DNA of 47,137 bases from a bacterium (GTDB lineage Bacteria; Patescibacteriota; Patescibacteriia; SBBB01): NCBI GenBank assembly GCA_005239895.1, contig SBBB01000016.1, forward strand, positions 1 to 47,137, given 5' to 3'. Shown here one piece after another: positions 19,845 to 28,529 of the stretch. The position numbers were made by a program, and so were the translations under genes. The notes under the pieces are model-generated. The model had not been told where the DNA came from. It was given only the letters and a program-made list of their open reading frames with translations, and did not search any database. The first letter of the stretch is position 1. Each line of letters starts with the position of its first letter.

Positions 19845-20003
19845 ATGCCTAAAAAACTAGCACCGAAAAAGATCAAAAAAGAAAGCACGTTCGCTGACAG
19901 ATTTAACGCAGACGACCCAAACTACGAAGAAGAGTATGAGTTAAAAAAACCAGACGAAGACGGAAACGATATTATTGAATGGAATCCAGAAAATGGAGAG
20001 TAA
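19845..20003 (+). CDS. 52-aa orphan peptide, basic N-terminus and acidic C-terminus
   Basis: SD AAGGAG; terminator GCGCTAC/GTAGCGC-TTT downstream. Confidence 0.55.
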   Translation: MPKKLAPKKIKKESTFADRFNADDPNYEEEYELKKPDEDGNDIIEWNPENGE

Positions 20004-20071
20004 AAAAGCAAACAATAATGGCGCTACCAGATATTATCAGTAGCGCTTTCGGGTTTTTAAAAATTATCACC

Positions 20072-20243
20072 TATCATTCCCGACCTGATCGGGAATCCAG
20101 GTTATCAAATCTTCAGCCCTGAGGTACTTAGAATCGATAGGTTGAAAGTTTAAAAAAATAGTTACTTTATTAACTTTCTACTTATTGCTTTCTACTTTCA
20201 AACCTTAAAGACTGGATCCCCGGGTCACGGCCCGAGGATGACA
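20072..20243. repeat. REP/dRS3-like inverted doublet
   Basis: TCATTCCCGACCTGATCGGGAATCCAG ... CTGGATCCCCGGGTCACGGCCCGAGGATGACA. Confidence 0.75.
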
Positions 20244-20263
20244 AATAAAAATACAAACCAGAT

Positions 20264-20479
20264 CTAACGCTTTGATTTTTTTAATTTAAGCATTTCAATT
20301 AAAGCGGAAATAATAAACACAACTTGCAAAGTTGAGAAAATTATATCTTTAATACTTACACTATAAATAAGCAAAGAAACACCTCCGATTATAAACAGTA
20401 GATCTTGTCTTTTTTCAGATTTTATCCAAACTGCAACAGATATAATAATTAAACCAATGATTCCAAAAATTATAAACAT
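20264..20479 (-). CDS. Small 3-TM membrane protein
   Basis: 71 aa, three hydrophobic segments. Confidence 0.7.
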   Translation of the reverse strand: MFIIFGIIGLIIISVAVWIKSEKRQDLLFIIGGVSLLIYSVSIKDIIFSTLQVVFIISALIEMLKLKKSKR

Positions 20480-20573
20480 AAAGTTAATTTAAGAATTTAA
20501 TTCAATAATAACACAAATTAAATCCATCTAAAATAGTGTATTGTTTTTAAACATCCTTATACTATATACCATC

Positions 20574-20609
20574 GTCTACAGCGATCTGCGATAGCAGAGT
20601 TGTGTAGAC
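20574..20609 (+). repeat. 36-bp hairpin repeat, copy 1
   Basis: GTCTACA gcga TCTGCGATAGCAGA gttg TGTAGAC. Confidence 0.85.
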
Positions 20610-20642
20610 ACAGCACGTACAAATATATTATAATATAATTAT

Positions 20643-21119
20643 ATGATGAACAATACAATCAGCGATCATTTAATAGCTTATTTATTATCTTGCCGCTCTT
20701 TAACAATATATAGACAAATATTATGGTGGCGATTGAAAAAAAGACTAGATACCGCTAAACAAAAAAATTTTAGACAAAATCTCTATCGATTAAATAAAAA
20801 AGGTGCTATAAAAATAAACGGCAATCTTATTCATTTAAATAAAAAAGTACTCACTAATTATACAAAAAGAAATAACTTAGTAACGATTAAAAAATATCCA
20901 ATTAAAACTGAAGAAATTTTAATTTCTTTTGACATACCAGAAGACAAAAAGAAGATTAGAGAATGGCTTCGTAGACAAATCAAATATTGGAATTTTAAAA
21001 TGGTTCAAAAAAGCCTGTGGTCTGGATTTGGTCCTGTACCAAAAGACTTTAAAGAAAAACTTAAAGAGTTGGGTGTTGAGAAAAACATTAAAATATTTAA
21101 ACTAAATAAAAAATTATAA
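20643..21119 (+). CDS. wHTH + Cas2/VapD-like (PaaX-family) protein
   Basis: N-terminal FRQNLYRLNKKGAI helix-wing; C-terminal LISFDIPEDKKKIREWLR..FKMVQKSLW Cas2/PaaX-M motif. Confidence 0.75.
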   Translation: MMNNTISDHLIAYLLSCRSLTIYRQILWWRLKKRLDTAKQKNFRQNLYRLNKKGAIKINGNLIHLNKKVLTNYTKRNNLVTIKKYPIKTEEILISFDIPEDKKKIREWLRRQIKYWNFKMVQKSLWSGFGPVPKDFKEKLKELGVEKNIKIFKLNKKL

Positions 21120-21130
21120 TATTTTGGTGC

Positions 21131-21166
21131 GTCTACAACACTACGCGATAGCAGAGAGTTGTAGAT
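21131..21166 (+). repeat. 36-bp hairpin repeat, copy 2
   Basis: GTCTACA aca CTACGCGATAGCAGA gagt TGTAGAT. Confidence 0.85.
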
Positions 21167-21251
21167 ACTATCTATCACCTATTGATAAAAAATATTTAAA
21201 TATGTTAAAGTAAATTTGCTTATCCTATCATGCGATAGGACACGTAAAAAT

Positions 21252-21700
21252 ATGGAAATAAAAGATTCACCGCCAAAAATACCTTTCGCCACTTATCAAG
21301 TTGGCTTAAAAATTCTGCTCAAAAAAGAGGACAAGTTTTTATTCCTAATAGATAGTAGTACTGGATTTTTAGATTTACCAGGTGGGCGTATAGACGAAAT
21401 TGAGCACGAAACCCAGCTTACTGAAATTATCGCTAGAGAAGTAAATGAAGAGCTCGGAGAAAACATAAAATACAAATTAGGAAAACCTATTTTTCAATTT
21501 CGCAGGTAGAACAATAAAAAAAGGAATGCACTTTTATTACAGTATACGAAGCTGAATATTTGTCAGGTGAAGTTAAATTATCTCATGAACATAGTAATTT
21601 TCAATGGGTTAATTCTAAAGAAATGAACTGGCCCGCAGATCGCTTTTTTAATAAAGAAGAATATGAAGCTTTTAAAAAATATTTTGAAGCTTTGAGTTGA
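21252..21700 (+). pseudogene. NUDIX hydrolase interrupted by TAG (21507) and a -1 shift at A7 (21516-21522)
   Basis: LDLPGGRID..AREVNEELG Nudix box; downstream frame FITVYEAEYLSGEVKLSHEHSNFQWV. Confidence 0.75.
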
Positions 21701-21704
21701 TTAT

Positions 21705-22451
21705 ATGATTTTAAAAAATAAAAAAATTTTAATAACTGGTGCTTCGAGTGGTATAGGTCAAGCCATAGCTATGGCTTGCGCTCAAAAAAGAGCCACAGTT
21801 ATTATTAATTATAGAAAAAATCTTAAAGGAGCCAAACAAACCTTAGAAGAAGTTGAAAAACACTCTAAAGGATTTATTTTTCAAGCGGACTTAACTAATG
21901 AAAAACAAATTCAAAAAATGTTTACGGGTATTGCCAATAAAACTGGGAAAATAGATATTTTAGTAAATAATGCTGGCGACGCGCAACCTGGAGACTTTTT
22001 TAATAATCAAAACTGGCAAGATCAATTTGAAAATATTTTCTTTTCAGCTTTACATACTTCTCAAAAATTTCTGGGACAAAATAAAAAATCTCCTTTGAGA
22101 AAAATTTTAAATATCACCTCGTACTACGGAACTATTGGTGGAGGTAATCCAGAATTCTTTGCCTATTCTGTAGCTAAAGCTGCCTTAGCAAGTATGACTG
22201 TTGCGCTTGCAAAAACTGATGGTAAAATTTTAGTAAATGCTGTTGCGCCAGGATACACCTGGACTCCACCTTGGGAAGGAATATCTGTAGCTGAAAAGAA
22301 AATTTGCGAAGCAAAAGTAATGATCAATAGATATGTAACTGCGAATGAAATTGCTCACGCAGTGGTTAGTATTCTGGAAAATAATGCTATTACAGGACAA
22401 ATTATTACTGTGGATGGAGGCCTATCTTTACAAAAACTAGAGAAAAAATAA
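21705..22451 (+). CDS. SDR-family oxidoreductase
   Basis: TGASSGIG, NNAG, YSVAK, VAPG, VDGG. Confidence 0.9.
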   Translation: MILKNKKILITGASSGIGQAIAMACAQKRATVIINYRKNLKGAKQTLEEVEKHSKGFIFQADLTNEKQIQKMFTGIANKTGKIDILVNNAGDAQPGDFFNNQNWQDQFENIFFSALHTSQKFLGQNKKSPLRKILNITSYYGTIGGGNPEFFAYSVAKAALASMTVALAKTDGKILVNAVAPGYTWTPPWEGISVAEKKICEAKVMINRYVTANEIAHAVVSILENNAITGQIITVDGGLSLQKLEKK

Positions 22452-22628
22452 AAATTCATATATAAATTATAGGATTGCATGCAATTTCTTATAATCAGAG
22501 AGGTGAAACTAACCACACACCTCCCTTAGTGATATAAAAATGTTCTTGACTTTTTGACAAAAGTGTTAAAATATTTAAACTAAACTAAATAAAAAATATT
22601 ATAGTTCATATAAATATGGTTTTGATGC

Positions 22629-22664
22629 GTCTACAGTACTAGGCGATAGCAGAACATTGTAGAC
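22629..22664 (+). repeat. 36-bp hairpin repeat, copy 3
   Basis: GTCTACA gta CTAGGCGATAGCAGA acat TGTAGAC. Confidence 0.85.
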
Positions 22665-22682
22665 ACTAAAATTATCCATTCT

Positions 22683-23774
22683 TCATATCTTCATATTTAT
22701 CTCAACAAATTTTTTAAGCACAATATAAAATTGTTCTAGACTGTTCATATCAACCCATTCATTTTCACTGTGGTGACCTCCACCCCTTGGTCTAGTTAAA
22801 ATTGTTTGAATGCCTTTATCTAGAAAAAATCTAGCGTCGGATGAGCCATGAGAATGAATAAATTTCTGTTTAATCTTAAGCTGATCATATACAATTTTAG
22901 AAAAAGCTTTAATGTAATTATTTTTAATATCAATACTATAATTATTCCCAAATGAAATTTCTTTAATAGTTATGCCTTTATAATTCTTAAGAATGGCCTG
23001 AAATATTTTTTCTAACCTTGGTTTGGAAGAAGCTGAAGCAATGCGAATATCAATCATAGCCGAAGCATAATTTGGTATCTGATTTGTTGATTCTCCTCCT
23101 TTTATTTTACCAATATTAAAAGTATCGTGAATATGATCTTTAGTGCAACAAGGTTCTTTTGGAAATTGTTTCTTAATAATAAACAAAAAATCAATCAACT
23201 CCTCTATAGAGTTTTTACCTGACCATGGACGTGAAGCATGCCCTGATTTTCCTTGACTCTCAATTAATAGGTGCCACACGCCTTTAGCCGACACTTCTAG
23301 TGCAAAATTTTTACCCCCATCTGGTAATATACACAAGTCCGAACTGTAACCACTGGACAGCAAGGCCTTAACACCGTTATGACCTCCTATTTCTTCGTCA
23401 GTTGTAATCATTATTCCTGTACTATATTGTGGCAGCCTTTTCCCCAATTCTTGAAAAAGTTTTAAATAACATGCAATAGCAAATTTCATATCAAAAACAC
23501 CGCGACCATAAATGCAATTGTTTTGTAATTTAGGTTGAAATGTTTTTTCAGAACCATCAACAACATCAAGATGCGCTTGAAGCCACAACTTTGGTTTTTT
23601 TGTTTTTTGGGTAGTAATTAACAAAGATGAAAAATTATTCTTTTTATAATCAGTAATATAAACTGGCACTGTTTTTAATTGAGTTTTTATCCAAGCTATG
23701 GCTTTTTCATTTTCCAAATAATTACCAGTAACAGTTTTAAAAGCTATTAATTTTAGTAATGTTTTAGCTAACAT
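22683..23774 (-). CDS. M20 family metallopeptidase/deacylase (ArgE/DapE-like)
   Basis: AHLDVV, YGRGVFDMK, DEEIG, GHAS, SDARFF, HSENE. Confidence 0.88.
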   Translation of the reverse strand: MLAKTLLKLIAFKTVTGNYLENEKAIAWIKTQLKTVPVYITDYKKNNFSSLLITTQKTKKPKLWLQAHLDVVDGSEKTFQPKLQNNCIYGRGVFDMKFAIACYLKLFQELGKRLPQYSTGIMITTDEEIGGHNGVKALLSSGYSSDLCILPDGGKNFALEVSAKGVWHLLIESQGKSGHASRPWSGKNSIEELIDFLFIIKKQFPKEPCCTKDHIHDTFNIGKIKGGESTNQIPNYASAMIDIRIASASSKPRLEKIFQAILKNYKGITIKEISFGNNYSIDIKNNYIKAFSKIVYDQLKIKQKFIHSHGSSDARFFLDKGIQTILTRPRGGGHHSENEWVDMNSLEQFYIVLKKFVEINMKI

Positions 23775-23905
23775 ATATTATAAATATAAATTATATCTAA
23801 ATTAGATATTACGCTCTTTTATTGTACAAACTGAAACGTGTTTTGTATATAGATTTCTTGGGGCATGTACACTCTAACATGCCCCAAATTTACCGGCAAC
23901 CAATT

Positions 23906-24811
23906 TCATTCCACTATAAGCGGCCCACTGACGGTATTCGTCGCTCCGTGTAAACGAAGACTTGGTCCTGCCATCCATAAACCGCCAATACACTTCCATT
24001 GCTCCTTATACTTTTCGCGAATCCGTTGCTCTTTAACTGACCAAACAAAAAACGGCCGATAAATCATCCAGGGATAGTTAGGAAAATCTGTAGACATTGG
24101 TAACAACAAATACTGACAATACATTTGCTGATAAAGATTCAAAGCTTTTTTAATGCGCTCTTTTGTTGAACACCCAAATCTTCGACGAGGGTCCCAAATC
24201 TCCAATCCCAAACATTTACTTCCGCTTAAAGGTTTTAAAGCAAAACCGCGATTCCAAGGGAGATCTTCAAAATCAGAGACACAAACACGATACCAAAAAC
24301 CCATCCTCAGACCATAACCCTTATTACCTTTGGCCTTTAACGAACTAACCGAACAAGATTCTAAATAACTATACTCTGTCTCATCTGGTTCAGCCCTAAC
24401 TAAAACTAAAGATCTGGATGATAAAGATTGTTCAGTCTGAGCCCATAAAGAATCATCTCCGTCCAATGAACGCTTTGGAGAAACAATAACCTTAAACTTG
24501 GGCCAAATACTCTTTGCAATTTCTAATCTGGTTTTAAAATCAGTGTTAATCAAACCACACAATCCAACTCCAGATGGTCTTTCCTCTACCTCATAAATAC
24601 CCAGCTTCCCATTATGAACAACACAATCTAATCTAATAATCAGAGATGGCACATTATACTTTTTTTGAATCCAAGTAGTTTCTCTCTCAAAAAGATCAAC
24701 CCATTGATCGATCATTTCTAGAGATTGCTCAACCAAGTCTTGAGTAAAAACTATGGCTGTAGTTGTGGTTTGTACTTTCCATGTCCCGATCTGAATCATC
24801 TTGATATCCAT
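23906..24811 (-). CDS. Putative ATP-grasp amide ligase (glutathionylspermidine synthase / circularly permuted type)
   Basis: IRLD..IYEVEERPSG, ALKP..GS, MIYR..IGG; SD AAGGAGG; terminator TTGGGGCATGT/ACATGCCCCAA after the stop. Confidence 0.55.
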   Translation of the reverse strand: MDIKMIQIGTWKVQTTTTAIVFTQDLVEQSLEMIDQWVDLFERETTWIQKKYNVPSLIIRLDCVVHNGKLGIYEVEERPSGVGLCGLINTDFKTRLEIAKSIWPKFKVIVSPKRSLDGDDSLWAQTEQSLSSRSLVLVRAEPDETEYSYLESCSVSSLKAKGNKGYGLRMGFWYRVCVSDFEDLPWNRGFALKPLSGSKCLGLEIWDPRRRFGCSTKERIKKALNLYQQMYCQYLLLPMSTDFPNYPWMIYRPFFVWSVKEQRIREKYKEQWKCIGGLWMAGPSLRLHGATNTVSGPLIVE

Positions 24812-24839
24812 TCTTTTCTTCCTCCTTAAAAAGGTTAAC

Positions 24840-24870
24840 AAAAAACTGGCCTCACCATGAGACCAGTTTT
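24840..24870 (-). terminator. Intrinsic terminator in the 5' leader of the ATP-grasp gene
   Basis: AAAACTGGTCTCA-TGG-TGAGGCCAGTTTTTT. Confidence 0.7.
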
Positions 24871-24895
24871 AGAAGCAGAAATTTTAATAAAATAA

Positions 24896-25024
24896 TTATA
24901 AATTAGTATTACTTCCGCGCCCTAAAGCTAGCCTCAGGAAGAGGCGTAAGTAATGCCAATAACCCAAACAAAGACCGTTTGATTGTAAAAAATTTAATTG
25001 TTTGTTTCCTTTTTCTTTAAACAT
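24896..25024 (-). CDS. 42-aa leader ORF MFKEKGNKQLNFLQSNGLCLGYWHYLRLFLRLALGRGSNTNL
   Basis: Directly downstream of a TTGACA-17-TATGAT promoter (25039-25067); overlaps a long hairpin. Confidence 0.4.
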   Translation of the reverse strand: MFKEKGNKQLNFLQSNGLCLGYWHYLRLFLRLALGRGSNTNL

Positions 25025-25102
25025 ATAACAATTTATTAATCATAACAAAAACCATAAAAAATGTCAAGACGTGGGTTTTGTAAATATCAAAATTGACTGC
25101 AA

Positions 25103-25426
25103 CTACTTACATTCCTTGTCTATCCACTGTAAATACTTTTCAAAGCCAGAATTTATAGGAATCATAATTATCTCTGGCGTTTCATAATCATGATTAGAAA
25201 TCATATCCTTTTTAACATTTTTATAAAGGGACTTTTTGGTTTTAATGAAAAGCAGTTTTTCGGCAGCAGAATTAACACGACCTTTCCAATGATAATAACT
25301 TTTAATATTTTGCACTTGGGCGCATGCAGCCAAACGTTTGGCAAGCAATGAATCAATAATCTTTTTACCTGTACTTTCTTTGCTAAATGTTGTGACTACA
25401 ATGCAATACTTATTTTTTACAGGCAT
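25103..25426 (-). CDS. cutA: Divalent cation tolerance protein CutA
   Basis: LAACAQ, SYYHWKG, HDYETPEI, YLQWI. Confidence 0.9.
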   Translation of the reverse strand: MPVKNKYCIVVTTFSKESTGKKIIDSLLAKRLAACAQVQNIKSYYHWKGRVNSAAEKLLFIKTKKSLYKNVKKDMISNHDYETPEIIMIPINSGFEKYLQWIDKECK

Positions 25427-25499
25427 AAATTATTTTATTATCTTAACTTAATTATACCAAATTATTGACTAAATATATATTAACCTGTAATGTAATATA

Positions 25500-25713
25500 T
25501 TAGGAGGAGCAGAATATTTATTCTAAACTCTAATGCTACATCAAAATGTAGCCTATTAGGACGGTGAAGGAACTTGATCGTCAAGGGTTTTCCCTCCAAA
25601 GCGTCTACCCTCCAGACGCAAAACACACTCTTGGCGAGTAAACCTTCACCGTCCACCCCCATTATCATTATGGCCATCTCTCTTTCAGCATCAGAGAGAT
25701 GGCCAAGCTTTTT
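25500..25713 (+). ncRNA. Candidate structured small RNA
   Basis: TTGACT-17-TAATGT upstream, 12-bp closing stem with a multi-hairpin junction, 13-bp terminator stem plus T-run. Confidence 0.55.
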
Positions 25714-25741
25714 ATAAATTTTTGCTTTATTTTAAAAACAA

Positions 25742-26086
25742 CTAAACCGAAACAAGTCCAAAAACATCCTTTAAAGCACCAAGTTTCATACGCTTCCCAA
25801 CCCATTCCAGCGCTTCCATACATGTTATGGACTTACGCTCGTCTGTGGGAATAGACATATAAAACGTACCATCTGAGCAACGATACAAATATTCATAAGG
25901 AATACCTGGTGCTTCAAAACTACCAATATATTCTGGATTGTTTTCAGTTGCACGCCTGTACGCAACGCCAGTTTTTTTACAATATAACTTTGTTTTTATA
26001 ATATATGCCCTATATCCTGCTTTGGACATCTTTAGTAAAATATCTTCATTGAGTTGTTGTTCTTCTCTTTTTTCTAAAGTGTTCAT
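25742..26086 (-). CDS. Hypothetical protein
   Basis: SD AAGGAGG; TTGACA box abutting a MITE end at 26143. Confidence 0.6.
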   Translation of the reverse strand: MNTLEKREEQQLNEDILLKMSKAGYRAYIIKTKLYCKKTGVAYRRATENNPEYIGSFEAPGIPYEYLYRCSDGTFYMSIPTDERKSITCMEALEWVGKRMKLGALKDVFGLVSV

Positions 26087-26240
26087 CTGAACCTCCTTAT
26101 ACTACTATTATTAATTTAGACATAAAAACAGATATCTGTCAACCCCGTTAGAAGCTAAATTCAAATCATAATACACAAAATTGACATTACAATAAAATTA
26201 AAATACCATTTATTTAAAAGAATGAACATGAGACATTAAA

Positions 26241-27311
26241 ATGTTCACAACTATGAACGAAAAAATTCAAAATAGAATTTCGCAAGCTATAGAAAAAAAA
26301 CTATTTCCAGCTTGTGTGATTGGAGTAGTAAAAACTAATGGAAACAGGTTAATTGTGCCCAGTGGTAAATTCACTTTTGACACTAATGCATCTGTAGTTC
26401 AAGAAAACGCGATTTTTGACATTGCTTCTGTCACTAAATCAATTCCAACTTCGTCTTTAGCTCTAAAATTAATTGACAAAGGAAAACTAAATCTAGAAGA
26501 TAAATTAATAAATTTTATTCCTGAGTTTGGCAACTCAGACCGAAGAAACATTTTAATCAAACACTTGCTTACCCAGACCTTAGATTACAATTTTCGTTTG
26601 TCAGACTATAAAGACAAATCACCCGAAGAAATTTTAAATGTTATTTTTACCACTGAATTTAAAAGCAAACCAGGAACTAAATTTTTCTACACCAATGCCA
26701 CTAGCATCTTATTAGGCTTAGTAGTGGAACAGGTTTTTGGCACACCATTGGACCAACTGGCTAGCAAGTATTTTTTTGAGTCACTAAAAATGACACGAAC
26801 CACATTTAATCCATTGCAAAAATTTAAAAAAGAGGAAATTATACCCACTGAAATTCAAGACTGGCGAGGGGGACTAGTTCAAGGAGAAACTCATGACGAA
26901 ACTGCTCACATATTAAATCAAAAAATGATCCCAGGATCAGCTGGAGTATTTTCAACTGTTCCAGACTTATTAAATTTCTTAGAAATGCTATTAAACAATG
27001 GTTCGCTAGCTGGCAAACAATATTTTTCAGCTGAAATTATTAAACAAATACAAACAAATCAATTGTCCGGTATTGGGTACAGTGCTGGTTTAGGATGGGA
27101 ACTAAATCAACCTAGGTATATGGGTAAATATTGTAGTCCTAAAACTTTTGGCAAAACCGGCTTTACAGGTTGTTCTTGTGTATGTGATATTAAAAAGGGG
27201 ATTGGTTTTGTTATTCTATCAAACTATACTTATCCAAATCGCAAAACAGACTTTGCGTCTATCAATAAATTTAGAAGCGACATAGCTGATATTATTTTTG
27301 AAAATTTATAA
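26241..27311 (+). CDS. Serine hydrolase, beta-lactamase/AmpC-like family
   Basis: ASVTK (SxxK), YTN, HLLT, FGKTGFTG. Confidence 0.88.
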   Translation: MFTTMNEKIQNRISQAIEKKLFPACVIGVVKTNGNRLIVPSGKFTFDTNASVVQENAIFDIASVTKSIPTSSLALKLIDKGKLNLEDKLINFIPEFGNSDRRNILIKHLLTQTLDYNFRLSDYKDKSPEEILNVIFTTEFKSKPGTKFFYTNATSILLGLVVEQVFGTPLDQLASKYFFESLKMTRTTFNPLQKFKKEEIIPTEIQDWRGGLVQGETHDETAHILNQKMIPGSAGVFSTVPDLLNFLEMLLNNGSLAGKQYFSAEIIKQIQTNQLSGIGYSAGLGWELNQPRYMGKYCSPKTFGKTGFTGCSCVCDIKKGIGFVILSNYTYPNRKTDFASINKFRSDIADIIFENL

Positions 27312-27314
27312 AAT

Positions 27315-28088
27315 ATGAAACTTATAACTTTGAACATTTGGGGTGGTAAAATTTTCAAACCCTTAATTGAATTTTTAAAACGCCATGCTGATAATATAGA
27401 TATTTTTTGTTTTCAAGAAGTTTTTCATACTACAACTAATATTACAGAAAGTAATGACGCGCGCACTAATACTTTGAAGGAAATATCTGACATACTGCCA
27501 GATCATATTGGATATTTTACACCTGAACAAAACGGGTTTAACCTCCAAGAAAAAGTAAACTTTGATCTAGTTAGTGGCAATGCGACCTTTATTAGAAAAA
27601 CAACACCTGTTCTGAGTAATGGAAATGTTTTTGTATATGGAAGTCTAAATTCTATGCCCGACCTTACTCAAAAATGGAATCTTATGCCACGAAGCATATC
27701 GCACATCCAATTTCAATCTGGTAATACGCTAACCACTGTTTTTAATTTTCATGGTTTATGGAATAATCTTGGGAAAATGGATACTAACAGCAGATTGCAA
27801 CAATCACAAAAAATCAATGATTACATTTCTAAATTTCAAAACTCAAATATAATTCTTTGCGGTGACTTCAATTTATTGCCAGAAACAAAAAGCCTGTCTA
27901 TGCTTGAAGTGAGTATGAAAAACTTAATAAAAGAATATAATATTACTTCCACTCGAAGTAGCTATTATACAAAACCAAATAAATTCGCAGACTATATTCT
28001 TGTATCGCCACATTTAAAAGTAAATGACTTTCAGGTTTTACAAGATGAAGTGTCAGATCATTTGCCATTATTTTTAGATTTTGAATAA
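27315..28088 (+). CDS. Endonuclease/exonuclease/phosphatase family protein
   Basis: TLNIW, CFQEV, GDFN, DYI, SDHLP. Confidence 0.88.
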   Translation: MKLITLNIWGGKIFKPLIEFLKRHADNIDIFCFQEVFHTTTNITESNDARTNTLKEISDILPDHIGYFTPEQNGFNLQEKVNFDLVSGNATFIRKTTPVLSNGNVFVYGSLNSMPDLTQKWNLMPRSISHIQFQSGNTLTTVFNFHGLWNNLGKMDTNSRLQQSQKINDYISKFQNSNIILCGDFNLLPETKSLSMLEVSMKNLIKEYNITSTRSSYYTKPNKFADYILVSPHLKVNDFQVLQDEVSDHLPLFLDFE

Positions 28089-28301
28089 TAACCAAACCTT
28101 CACAATATTTCACAACTAACAAATGTAAGAAACTAGCGCCATCGCACAAACTTCTTACATTTATATAAAAATAATGAAATATAAATATACAAACATTGCA
28201 TCATCTTCAAATTACTATTCTCGCTATATTTTGGTTTATTATTTCAATAAATATATTTAACCGGGCAGTAAGAAAATACGAAAGTTTTAGTTTTATAACT
28301 T

Positions 28302-28342
28302 TTGGAAATTAAACTTCCGACAATTGGGATTAAACTTCCGAT
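28302..28342. repeat. Tandem pair of short palindromes TTGGRA(A)TTAAACTTCCGA
   Basis: ATTAAACTTCCGA occurs twice, 21 bp apart, immediately before 36-bp repeat copy 4. Confidence 0.5.
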
Positions 28343-28349
28343 TTGAAGC

Positions 28350-28385
28350 GTCTACAATACTACGCGATAGCAGATGACTGTAGAC
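28350..28385 (+). repeat. 36-bp hairpin repeat, copy 4
   Basis: GTCTACA ata CTACGCGATAGCAGA tgac TGTAGAC. Confidence 0.85.
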
Positions 28386-28529
28386 GCTAGTAAACAAGAA
28401 ACCAATAGAGATTAGTTATGTTTCTCAAAACACGCAAACCGTGCTATTATTAAAGTAAATCCATTTATAATGGATATCTAAAACCTTATATCTAATTATT
28501 GAAATTTTCAACTATAAAATAACGTGTTT

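Noticed and set aside
25480-25677. 65-aa minus-strand ORF
   Set aside because: Its start lies within a hairpin stem and the region is better explained as structured RNA; not fully excluded
26241-27311. Bona fide beta-lactamase resistance gene
   Set aside because: The motifs only place it in the broad serine hydrolase family, which includes esterases and amidases
20574-28385. Canonical CRISPR array with cas2
   Set aside because: Repeats are separated by 0.5-5.7 kb containing whole genes, not 25-45-bp spacers; no cas1 or effector gene is present
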